Origin: a bacterium
Lineage (GTDB): Bacteria > Krumholzibacteriota > Krumholzibacteriia > LZORAL124-64-63
Length of the DNA stretch: 58,719 nt
Direction of reading: 5' to 3'
NCBI GenBank assembly: GCA_014730255.1
Contig: WJIQ01000236.1
Coordinates: 1 to 58,719 of the forward strand
Part shown: in pieces, positions 52,209-58,719 of the stretch
Layout of the letters: every line of letters starts with the position of its first letter
Position numbering within the stretch: the stretch's first letter is position 1
Made by a program: the position numbers and the translations under genes
The notes under the pieces: generated by a model
Told to the model about the DNA's origin: nothing
The model's database searches: none
What the model saw: only the letters and a program-made list of their open reading frames with translations

Positions 52209-54530
52209 CTAGTTCGGCGACAGCGGCGGGCGCGGCTCGGCCGGCGCCGTGGCGGCGTGTCGCCCGGCCGCGCGCGCGAGCAACCAGGCCGCGCCGGCCT
52301 TGGCGCGATCGCCCGACTCGACCACCGCCCCCACGCACGACGGGCAGCCGTGCGAGCAGGGGCACGCGGTGACGTGCTCGAGCGCCGCCTCGCGGATCTC
52401 CGTCCATTGCTCGAAGATCCGCCGCGCGTAGCCCACGCCGCCGGGCACGGCGTCGTAGACGTAGAGCGTCGGCGCATCGGTGAACGGCGCCCGGACCATC
52501 GCCTGGGCGCGGAGGTCCCGCACGTCGGCCATCACGAACACGGGTGCGACCGTGCCCACGAGGTGCGCGAGCCCCTTAAGCGCATCGCCCAGGTCGAGTC
52601 CCGCCAGGGGCATCTCCTCGGCCAGGTCCGGCGGCAGTCGCCACCACATGCTCGTGGTGTGCATCTCCATCTCGGGCAGGTTGACCTTGCCGGCGCCGAC
52701 GTTCTCGTGCGTGCCGAGCTTGATCTTCTTGTAGACGGTCACCTTGTCGACCAGGCCGATCTCGCCGAGGCCGAGGTCGCCGACGTGGTCGTCGGGCCGC
52801 GAATCCTCGGCGTCGAGGGTCTTGAGCTCCACCTTGCGCTGCGCATCGGTGTAGTGATCGACGGTCACCGGCTGGACGTACGCCTTGCGCCGGTCCCAGT
52901 CCAGACGGTCGACGTGGTACTGCTGGGCTCCGTGGATGTAGACCGCCTCGTCATGGAGCATCTCCTGGGCCGAGAACAGGTCCATCTCCCCGATGATGCG
53001 ATGCCCCGGCACCGACTGGTCGACGATCACCACGTTGTCCGGGGCGGCCGTCCGCAGACTCACCTCCTCGGCCGGGTAGGTGTCCGCCATCCAGTGATAG
53101 CGCCCCTCGGCCTCGTGCAGGACCCGCTGCCGGGCGAGGTAGTCGAGGATCTCGGCCACGTTCCGGCCGCCGTAGCGCTCGCCGGCATCGAACGGCAGCT
53201 CGAACGCCGCGCACTTGAGGTGGCTCATGAGGATCACGAGGTTGTCCGGATCGATGGTCGCGTGCTCGGGCGAACGGCCGAGGAAGTAGTCCGGATGCCC
53301 GAGGATGTACTGATCGGCGGGGCTCGACGTCCCCACCAGGACCACCGCCGAGAGATCGTTGCGCCGTCCGGCCCGGCCGGCCTGCTGCCACGTGCTGGCG
53401 ATCGAGCCGGCATAGCCGCACATCAGGCAGACGTCGAGCCGGCCGATGTCGATGCCCAGCTCCAGGGCGTTGGTCGAGACCACCGCGCGCACCGAGCCGT
53501 CGCGCAGGCCCCGCTCGATGGCCCGGCGTTCGGTGGGCAGGTAACCGCCGCGGTAGCCGCGCACCTCGCCACCTCTGATCCCCACCTTGCGGCCCGCCTG
53601 CTCGAGGTAGGTCAGGAGCAGCTCGACCCGCATGCGGCTGCGTGCGAAGACGATCATCTGCACCCCGGTGGCGAGGAATCGCTCGGCGAGGCTGCGGGTC
53701 TCCTTGACCGCGGACCGCCGGATGCCCAGCTCCGCGTTGACGACCGGCGGGTTGTAGAAGATGAAGTGCTTCTCGCCACGCGGCGCGCCGTTCTCGGCGA
53801 CCTCCACCAGGTCCTGGCCACAGAGGTGCGACGCGAGCTCGCCCGGGTTCGCGATGGTGGCCGAGCAGCAGACGAACTGCGGTCGGCTGCCGTAGAACGC
53901 CGCGATGCGCTGCAGGCGGCGCAGGACGTTGGCCACGTGGCTGCCGAACACGCCGCGGTACTGATGCACCTCGTCGACCACCACGTAGCGCAGGTTCTCG
54001 AACAGCTTCACCCAGAGCGTGTGGTGCGGCAGGATCCCCTGGTGGAGCATGTCCGGATTGGTGATCACGATGTGGCCGCTGGAGCGGATGGCCCGGCGCG
54101 CGGTCTCCGGGGTGTCGCCGTCGAAGGTGTGCACCTTGATGGGCGCGCCGAGATGCTCGATCAGGTCGTGTGCCTCGTGCATCTGGTCCTGGCTGAGCGC
54201 CTTGGTCGGGAACAGGTAGAGGGCGCGGGCCTCCGGATCGCGCAGCATGGCGTCGAGGACCGACAGGTTGTAGCAGAGGGTCTTGCCCGAGGCCGTGGGC
54301 GTGGGGACCACCAGCGAACGTCCGGCCAGCGCCGCCGCGACCGACGCGGCCTGGTGGCTGTACAGCCGCTCGATGCCGCGGTCGCGCAGGGCGGCGACCA
54401 GGCGCGCATCGAGGCCGTCGGGCCAGTCGGCGAATCGACCCGGCTCGGCGGCCAGGACCTCCCAGCGGGTCACGTGGCGCAGGAATCGATCGTCCGCCCG
54501 CAGGCGGGAGAGCAGCTGAGCGAGATTCAT
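52209..54530 (-). CDS. mrfA: DEAD/DEAH-box helicase with C-terminal DUF1998/MZB zinc domain (YprA/MrfA-like)
   Basis: 773 aa. Motif I PTASGKT, motif II DEVH, motif VI QQAGRAGRR. A C-terminal four-Cys cluster CPCSHGCPSC. ATG start with a GGAGG RBS. Confidence 0.85.
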   Translation of the reverse strand: MNLAQLLSRLRADDRFLRHVTRWEVLAAEPGRFADWPDGLDARLVAALRDRGIERLYSHQAASVAAALAGRSLVVPTPTASGKTLCYNLSVLDAMLRDPEARALYLFPTKALSQDQMHEAHDLIEHLGAPIKVHTFDGDTPETARRAIRSSGHIVITNPDMLHQGILPHHTLWVKLFENLRYVVVDEVHQYRGVFGSHVANVLRRLQRIAAFYGSRPQFVCCSATIANPGELASHLCGQDLVEVAENGAPRGEKHFIFYNPPVVNAELGIRRSAVKETRSLAERFLATGVQMIVFARSRMRVELLLTYLEQAGRKVGIRGGEVRGYRGGYLPTERRAIERGLRDGSVRAVVSTNALELGIDIGRLDVCLMCGYAGSIASTWQQAGRAGRRNDLSAVVLVGTSSPADQYILGHPDYFLGRSPEHATIDPDNLVILMSHLKCAAFELPFDAGERYGGRNVAEILDYLARQRVLHEAEGRYHWMADTYPAEEVSLRTAAPDNVVIVDQSVPGHRIIGEMDLFSAQEMLHDEAVYIHGAQQYHVDRLDWDRRKAYVQPVTVDHYTDAQRKVELKTLDAEDSRPDDHVGDLGLGEIGLVDKVTVYKKIKLGTHENVGAGKVNLPEMEMHTTSMWWRLPPDLAEEMPLAGLDLGDALKGLAHLVGTVAPVFVMADVRDLRAQAMVRAPFTDAPTLYVYDAVPGGVGYARRIFEQWTEIREAALEHVTACPCSHGCPSCVGAVVESGDRAKAGAAWLLARAAGRHAATAPAEPRPPLSPN

Positions 54531-54584
54531 GGCGGCCTCCGTGCGCCAGCCCGCGAGGGGTGTCCGACCCGAACCGCCGGTGGC

Positions 54585-54899
54585 CTAGGGACCGGCGGAG
54601 TCGCCGCGCTCGCGGTCGCGATCGGTCGCGTCCTCGCCGTCCTTCGGCGGGTCGGTGTCGTCATCGGACTCGACCGCGCGCCGGGCCTCGTCGAGTTCCT
54701 TCTGCACCTCGGCGGTGGCGTTCTTGCTGGCGGACTTGAACTTGGTGATCGACTTGCCGAACGCCTCGGCGATCTCCGGCAGCTTGCGCGGACCGAACAC
54801 GAGCAGGACGAGGGCGAAGATCACCAGCAGCTCCGGCAAGCCGATGGGGCCGAGGTTGAACAGGCCCAGGAACGGGTGGGTTGCCACGAAGGGATCCAT
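54585..54899 (-). CDS. tatA: twin-arginine translocase TatA/E family protein
   Basis: LGPIGLPELLVIFALVLLVFGPRKLPEIAEAFGKSITKFKSA is the TatA TM plus amphipathic-helix signature. ATG at 54899 has GGAGG 9 nt upstream and gives an N-terminal extension of about 15 aa relative to typical TatA. Confidence 0.85.
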   Translation of the reverse strand: MDPFVATHPFLGLFNLGPIGLPELLVIFALVLLVFGPRKLPEIAEAFGKSITKFKSASKNATAEVQKELDEARRAVESDDDTDPPKDGEDATDRDRERGDSAGP

Positions 54900-54937
54900 G
54901 CCGCTTTACCTCCGGTGATCGGCGCGCCGATCGATGT

Positions 54938-55204
54938 CTAGAACCGGTACCAGCGTAGTAGCTGCGAGGCGATGAACACCCCGACCACGCTCATCAGGTT
55001 CACGTGGATCATCAGCTTGAACGAGAACTCGACCACGATCAGATCGAGATGTCCGGTCTCGATCCCGAAGTCGCGGGACGTGACGAACAGCTGATCGGCC
55101 ACGCTGCCATCGGTCAGGAACAGGCCGATGACCTCGCTGAACACGGCCCCGATGATGACGCCGAGAAAGAGCGTGAGCGCGACCTTGCCGAGGCTCTTCT
55201 TCAT
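54938..55204 (-). CDS. DUF4321-like small membrane protein (88 aa)
   Basis: ORF 54938..55291 with the start moved to ATG 55202-55204 (MKKSLGKVALTLFLGVIIGAVFSEVIG). Two TM helices. The family call is from memory of the pattern. Confidence 0.55.
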   Translation of the reverse strand: MKKSLGKVALTLFLGVIIGAVFSEVIGLFLTDGSVADQLFVTSRDFGIETGHLDLIVVEFSFKLMIHVNLMSVVGVFIASQLLRWYRF

Positions 55205-55330
55205 GCCGGGATCATTCCGTTGGGGACCGATCTCGCCCCGCGTCTGCGAAGCCGTGCATCCTCGAATAGTAAAACCAGTTGCGGGCACCATCCAGGACGA
55301 AATGTGCCGCCTCGGCCCCGTCCCGGAGGG

Positions 55331-55359
55331 ACTCTAACGTATTCGCCTTCTGTTCGCAA
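55331..55359 (-). promoter_or_regulatory. candidate sigma70-type promoter upstream of the DUF4321/tatA genes
   Basis: Minus strand reads TTGCGA-17 nt-TAGAGT, 15 nt after the LytR_C gene stop. The implied leader is about 120 nt. Confidence 0.3.
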
Positions 55360-55373
55360 GCCCGGACCGGGCC

Positions 55374-55835
55374 TCAACGCAGGCGCTCCAGCGCCGTCAC
55401 GATCCGACCGTGATCGCGACCGAGCACCAGCACGGCCTCCTCCTCGCACCGCCGATCCCATTCCCGCACCACCGCGGGATCGGCCAGCAGATGCACGAGC
55501 TGGCGCCGCCTCGCCGGATCGAGCCGGCGGTCGACCAGCAGGGTCCGCGAGAAGGTGTCGTGTGGGGCGTTGCCCACCGCGACGACCACCACGCCGGCCG
55601 CCGGCAAGAGGCGGCTGACCCGCCGCGCCAGCCCCGGCTCGCCGGAACCGTTGAGCACGGCCAGGGTGATGGTCTCGTCCGGGGCGACGGGCCGGTCCGG
55701 GGCGGCGGTCGCAGCGTCGCCCGGCGGGGACGCCGGCGGATCCGGCGTCGCCGGCCCGTCACGCCACGCGAACCAGAGCGAGGCGACGCAGACCAGCACG
55801 ATCAGCAGCAGGACCAGGTTGCGGGCCCGGCTCAC
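55374..55835 (-). CDS. LytR_C domain protein with N-terminal TM anchor (153 aa)
   Basis: This is the 3' part of ORF 55374..56270. GTG at 55833-55835 overlaps the upstream stop (GTGA). TM LVLLLIVLVCVASLWFAW. The LytR_C pattern is ITLAVLNGSGEPGLARRVSRLLPAAGVVVVAVGNAP. Confidence 0.6.
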   Translation of the reverse strand: MSRARNLVLLLIVLVCVASLWFAWRDGPATPDPPASPPGDAATAAPDRPVAPDETITLAVLNGSGEPGLARRVSRLLPAAGVVVVAVGNAPHDTFSRTLLVDRRLDPARRRQLVHLLADPAVVREWDRRCEEEAVLVLGRDHGRIVTALERLR

Positions 55836-56332
55836 GCCCCCTCCCCCACGAGGCGCCGCACCGCCGGCCCGAGCAGGTCCCGGACCTGCTCGAGGGTCTG
55901 CGGCAGGATGCGGGTCTCGCCGACGGTGGTCATGAAGTTGGTGTCGCCCGACCAGCGCGGCAACAGGTGCAGGTGCAGGTGCTCGGGGATCCCCGCGCCC
56001 GCCGACGCCCCGCCGTTGTAGCCGCAGTTGAAGCCGTGCGGATTCATGCACTCGCCGAGCGCCTGCTCCATCACCGCGAGCAGCCGCCCCATCTCCGCGA
56101 TCTCCTCTGGCGAGCACGCACTGAGCAGAGGTACGTGGCGCCCCAGGACCAGCAGCAGGTGCCCGTTGTTGTAGGGGTAGCGGTTGAGCATCACGACCCA
56201 GTGCGCGCCACGATGCAGGACCATGTTCTGCTCGTCGTCGGCCTCGTCGAGCACGCGGCAGAACACGCACCCGTCGTCCTTGCCGGTCCCGGTCACGTAG
56301 GAGAACCTCCAGGGCGTGTAGAGTCGGTCCAT
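55832..56332 (-). CDS. HIT family nucleotide hydrolase/phosphorylase
   Basis: This is the 3' part of ORF 55832..57115, with ATG at 56330-56332. Histidine triad IPEHLHLHLLPRW. 166 aa. Confidence 0.85.
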   Translation of the reverse strand: MDRLYTPWRFSYVTGTGKDDGCVFCRVLDEADDEQNMVLHRGAHWVVMLNRYPYNNGHLLLVLGRHVPLLSACSPEEIAEMGRLLAVMEQALGECMNPHGFNCGYNGGASAGAGIPEHLHLHLLPRWSGDTNFMTTVGETRILPQTLEQVRDLLGPAVRRLVGEGA

Positions 56333-56340
56333 CCCCGGCC

Positions 56341-57105
56341 TCAATCCCGCACCCTGCGCTCGGCGTGCATCCGCTCGGCGGCGGCCAGCTCGTCGACCGT
56401 GTTGATGCCCACCACCTCGTCGGTGTCCTCGGTGATGACCGTCCGCACCGGCTCGCCGCGCCCCACCAGCCAGCCGATCGTGTCGGTCAGGTAGTACTCG
56501 GACTGGTCGTTGTCCGAGGTCAGGTGCGCGAGCGCGTCGCGGAGCCGCTCGGTCCGGTAGCAGTAGACGCCGCTGTTGTACTCGCCGATGGCGAGCTCCT
56601 CGGGCGTGGCATCGCGAGCCTCGACGATCCGCACCAGGTTGCCCTGCGCGTCCTTGACGATGCGGCCGTAGGCGCCGGCGTCGTCCACGACGCAGGTCAG
56701 GACCGTGGCGACGGCTCCGCTCGCGCGGGTCTCGTCGATGAGCCGGCGCAGGGTCCCGACACCGAGCAGCGGGACGTCGCCGGCCAGGACGACCGTCCAG
56801 CCCGTCTCGCTCAGGGCGGGCTCGGCCACCTGCACCGCGTGGCCGGTCCCCAGCTGGGGCTCCTGCAGCACGAACTCCAGATCGGGCGCGGCGCAGGCCT
56901 CCCGCACCCGGTCGGCCTGGTGGCCGACGACCACCACGGTGCGCCCGATGCCCGCCGCCCGCGCGGTATCCAGGACGTGCGCGAGCAGCGGTCGCCCGGC
57001 CACCTCGTGCAGGACCTTGGGGCGGTCGCTCTTCATGCGGGTGCCCTTGCCCGCCGCGAGGACCACGGCCTCGATCGCCGGTCCGCCCATCGTGTCGTCG
57101 CTCAT
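56341..57105 (-). CDS. sugar-1-phosphate nucleotidyltransferase resembling the N-terminal (uridyltransferase) half of GlmU only
   Basis: AVVLAAGKGTRMKSDRPKVLH, LGTGHAV, VLAGDVPLL and EYYLTD are GlmU-type pyrophosphorylase motifs. The protein ends at 254 aa with no left-handed beta-helix acetyltransferase repeats. Confidence 0.8.
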   Translation of the reverse strand: MSDDTMGGPAIEAVVLAAGKGTRMKSDRPKVLHEVAGRPLLAHVLDTARAAGIGRTVVVVGHQADRVREACAAPDLEFVLQEPQLGTGHAVQVAEPALSETGWTVVLAGDVPLLGVGTLRRLIDETRASGAVATVLTCVVDDAGAYGRIVKDAQGNLVRIVEARDATPEELAIGEYNSGVYCYRTERLRDALAHLTSDNDQSEYYLTDTIGWLVGRGEPVRTVITEDTDEVVGINTVDELAAAERMHAERRVRD

Positions 57106-57989
57106 GATGCCGCATCTCCTTGCTCGAAGAGCGAGGCGTCGCGCACGCCGGCGTCGGACACCTCGAGGACCAGGTTGTCGATCAGACGCGCGGGCTCGAC
57201 CCGGGCCGCCAGGGCCAGGAGCAGCCGCCCCTCCGTCCGCGCCGGCACCGCGAGGTCGGGCACCCGGCGCACCTCGACGTACTCGATCGCGTCGACCGGC
57301 GCGAGCTCGGCCCGCATCGCCTCGACGAGCACGGCGGTGTCGCGCTCCCCGTCCTCGAGCCGTCGACGGGCCGTGGCGAGCGCCCGGTAGAGGGCCTGCG
57401 CACGCGTCCGTGCCTCCTGCGACAGGTACGCGTTTCTCGAGGACATCGCCAGCCCGTCGGGTTCGCGGACCGTCGGATGGTCGATCAGACGCACGGGCAC
57501 GTCCAGGTCACGAACCATCTCGCCGATCACCAGGCACTGCTGCGCGTCCTTGCGTCCGAACACCGCGACGTCGGGTCCGACGAGGTTCAGCAGCTTGAGC
57601 ACCACGGTCAGGACGCCCGAGAAATGGCCGGGGCGCGACGCGCCGCAGAGACCGTCGGCCGCCGGTCCGGGCACGACCGAGACCGAGATCTCGCGTGGGT
57701 ACATCTCCGCACGCGAGGGTGCGAACACGGCCGACGGCGCCAGGGGCGCCAGCGCCTGCAGGTCGCGGTCGAGGTCGCGCGGATAGGCGTCGTAATCCTC
57801 GCCCGGGGCGAACTGCGTCGGGTTGACGAACACGCTCACCACGACCTCGCCCTCGCGCGAGGCCTGCTCGACCAGGGCGAGATGGCCGGCGTGCAGGGCG
57901 CCCATCGTGGGCACCAGCACCAGGGGACGATCGGTGGCACGCCCGGTCCGGAACCCGTGCAGCTCGGCACGCGTGCGCAGCAGCCTCAC
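57102..57989 (-). CDS. panC: pantoate--beta-alanine ligase
   Basis: This is the 3' part of ORF 57102..58310. GTG at 57987-57989 overlaps the panB stop (GTGA). Motifs are LVPTMGALHAGHLAL, NPTQF, FGRKDAQQ and SSRN. Confidence 0.9.
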   Translation of the reverse strand: MRLLRTRAELHGFRTGRATDRPLVLVPTMGALHAGHLALVEQASREGEVVVSVFVNPTQFAPGEDYDAYPRDLDRDLQALAPLAPSAVFAPSRAEMYPREISVSVVPGPAADGLCGASRPGHFSGVLTVVLKLLNLVGPDVAVFGRKDAQQCLVIGEMVRDLDVPVRLIDHPTVREPDGLAMSSRNAYLSQEARTRAQALYRALATARRRLEDGERDTAVLVEAMRAELAPVDAIEYVEVRRVPDLAVPARTEGRLLLALAARVEPARLIDNLVLEVSDAGVRDASLFEQGDAAS

Positions 57990-58719
57990 CCCTGGCCCTC
58001 CTCCCGGGACGGACGTCCCTCCCGGCCAGCGTCCGGGTCGGTCCGGCGCCCGCGACCCTCGCCGTACGTGTGTTCCGGCCCCGGGAAGACCCCGCACCGC
58101 ACCTCGTCGGCGTAGGCGGCGATGGCCCGCGTGGCCTCCGTGCCCAGCTCGGCGTAGCGCTTGACGAAGCGCGGCTGGAAATCTCCGGCCAGGCCGAGCA
58201 GGTCGTGCTGCACCAGCACCTGGCCGTCGCACCCGGCGCCGGCGCCGATCCCGATCGTGGGCACCGGCACCGCCCGGGTCACGCGCCCGGCCAGCGACGC
58301 GGGGATGCATTCGAGCACGAGGCCGAAGCAGCCGAGCTCGGCGAGGTGACGCGCGTCCTCGAGCAGGCGCTCGGCCGCCGCGTCCCCCCGCCCCTGGACC
58401 CGGTATCCGCCGAACACGTTCACGCTCTGCGGGGTCAGGCCCAGGTGCCCCATGACCGGGATCTCGGCGTCGATCAGGGCGGTCACGTGCGCGGCCCGGG
58501 CCCGCCCGCCCTCGAGCTTGATCGCCTGGACGCCCGCCTCCTGGACCAGGCGCAGGCCCGCGCGCACGGTCTCGCGCGGATCGACGTGGAACGTCCCGTA
58601 CGGCAGGTCGGCGATCACTGGCAGGCCCGTGCCCGCACGCACGACCGCGCGAGCGTGGTGGATCATCTCGTCCAGGGTCACCGTCAGCGTCGTCTCGTGC
58701 CCCAGGAGCACCTGCCCCA
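57986..58719 (-). CDS. panB: 3-methyl-2-oxobutanoate hydroxymethyltransferase; 5' end outside the window
   Basis: LLGHETTLTVTLDEMIHHARAV, ADLPYGTF, IKLEGG, VMGHLGLTPQS and LVLECIP are PanB motifs. The reading frame stays open to the window edge. Confidence 0.9.
   Translation of the reverse strand, partial: GQVLLGHETTLTVTLDEMIHHARAVVRAGTGLPVIADLPYGTFHVDPRETVRAGLRLVQEAGVQAIKLEGGRARAAHVTALIDAEIPVMGHLGLTPQSVNVFGGYRVQGRGDAAAERLLEDARHLAELGCFGLVLECIPASLAGRVTRAVPVPTIGIGAGAGCDGQVLVQHDLLGLAGDFQPRFVKRYAELGTEATRAIAAYADEVRCGVFPGPEHTYGEGRGRRTDPDAGREGRPSREEGQG

Noticed and set aside
1-58719. Search for tRNA, rRNA, tmRNA, RNase P, SRP RNA, CRISPR arrays and mobile elements
   Set aside because: No T-loop (GGTTCGAATCC-like) plus acceptor pairing was found in any intergenic gap. 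There are no regularly spaced direct repeats. No DDE transposase, tyrosine or serine recombinase motifs appear in any ORF. This was a by-eye scan only, so small or divergent elements could have been missed.

Overview
This is a very GC-rich bacterial chromosomal segment of 58.7 kb (about 70% GC by eye, not computed). I can support 53 protein-coding genes. Fifty-two are on the minus strand; only a ppiD-like gene (48642-50453) is on the plus strand. Genes sit in long, tight operons with about 15 start/stop overlaps of the ATGA/GTGA/TTGA type. Most long plus-strand entries in the ORF track are Arg/Gly/Ala/Pro-rich antisense shadow ORFs, and several minus-strand ORFs carry spurious 5' extensions. 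I re-assigned those starts using RBS position and overlap with the upstream stop codon.

Content:
- Housekeeping genes: nadD, bamD, rimO, ftsK, accC, accB, efp, acpS, lon, hsp20, lexA, tatA, panB, panC.
- A lone pilT sitting between accB and accC.
- Two envelope-polysaccharide clusters. One has three GT9 heptosyltransferase-like genes, gmhB, a GT39/ArnT-like gene and a sugar-phosphate transferase. The other has a WecA-like gene, a methyltransferase, a GT4 gene and an O-antigen-ligase-like gene.
- A MrfA/MrfB-like helicase-exonuclease pair.
- A 1588-aa gingipain-like (C25) protease with FN3, an FG-GAP propeller and a T9SS-type C-terminal domain.
- An orphan family-5 solute-binding protein.

I recognised no rRNA, tRNA, CRISPR array, transposase or integrase. 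BamD, the LPS-heptose genes and the T9SS-like tail indicate a diderm. An FCB-group or Gemmatimonadota-like uncultured lineage is only a guess.

Most interesting observations:
1. A six-gene translationally coupled module (10914-17285) combines an orphan GlmL/MutL-like ASKHA ATPase, a barrel-sandwich/KOW protein and four membrane proteins with no family I recognise. No B12 mutase is nearby.
2. A ParA-type ATPase is fused to a CBM48/AMPK-beta-like carbohydrate-binding domain and heads a polysaccharide operon, followed by two ORFans.
3. An AT-rich island with a perfect 12-bp palindrome lies upstream of a coiled-coil/HARE-HTH protein.

All promoter, operator and terminator calls were made by eye and carry low confidence.
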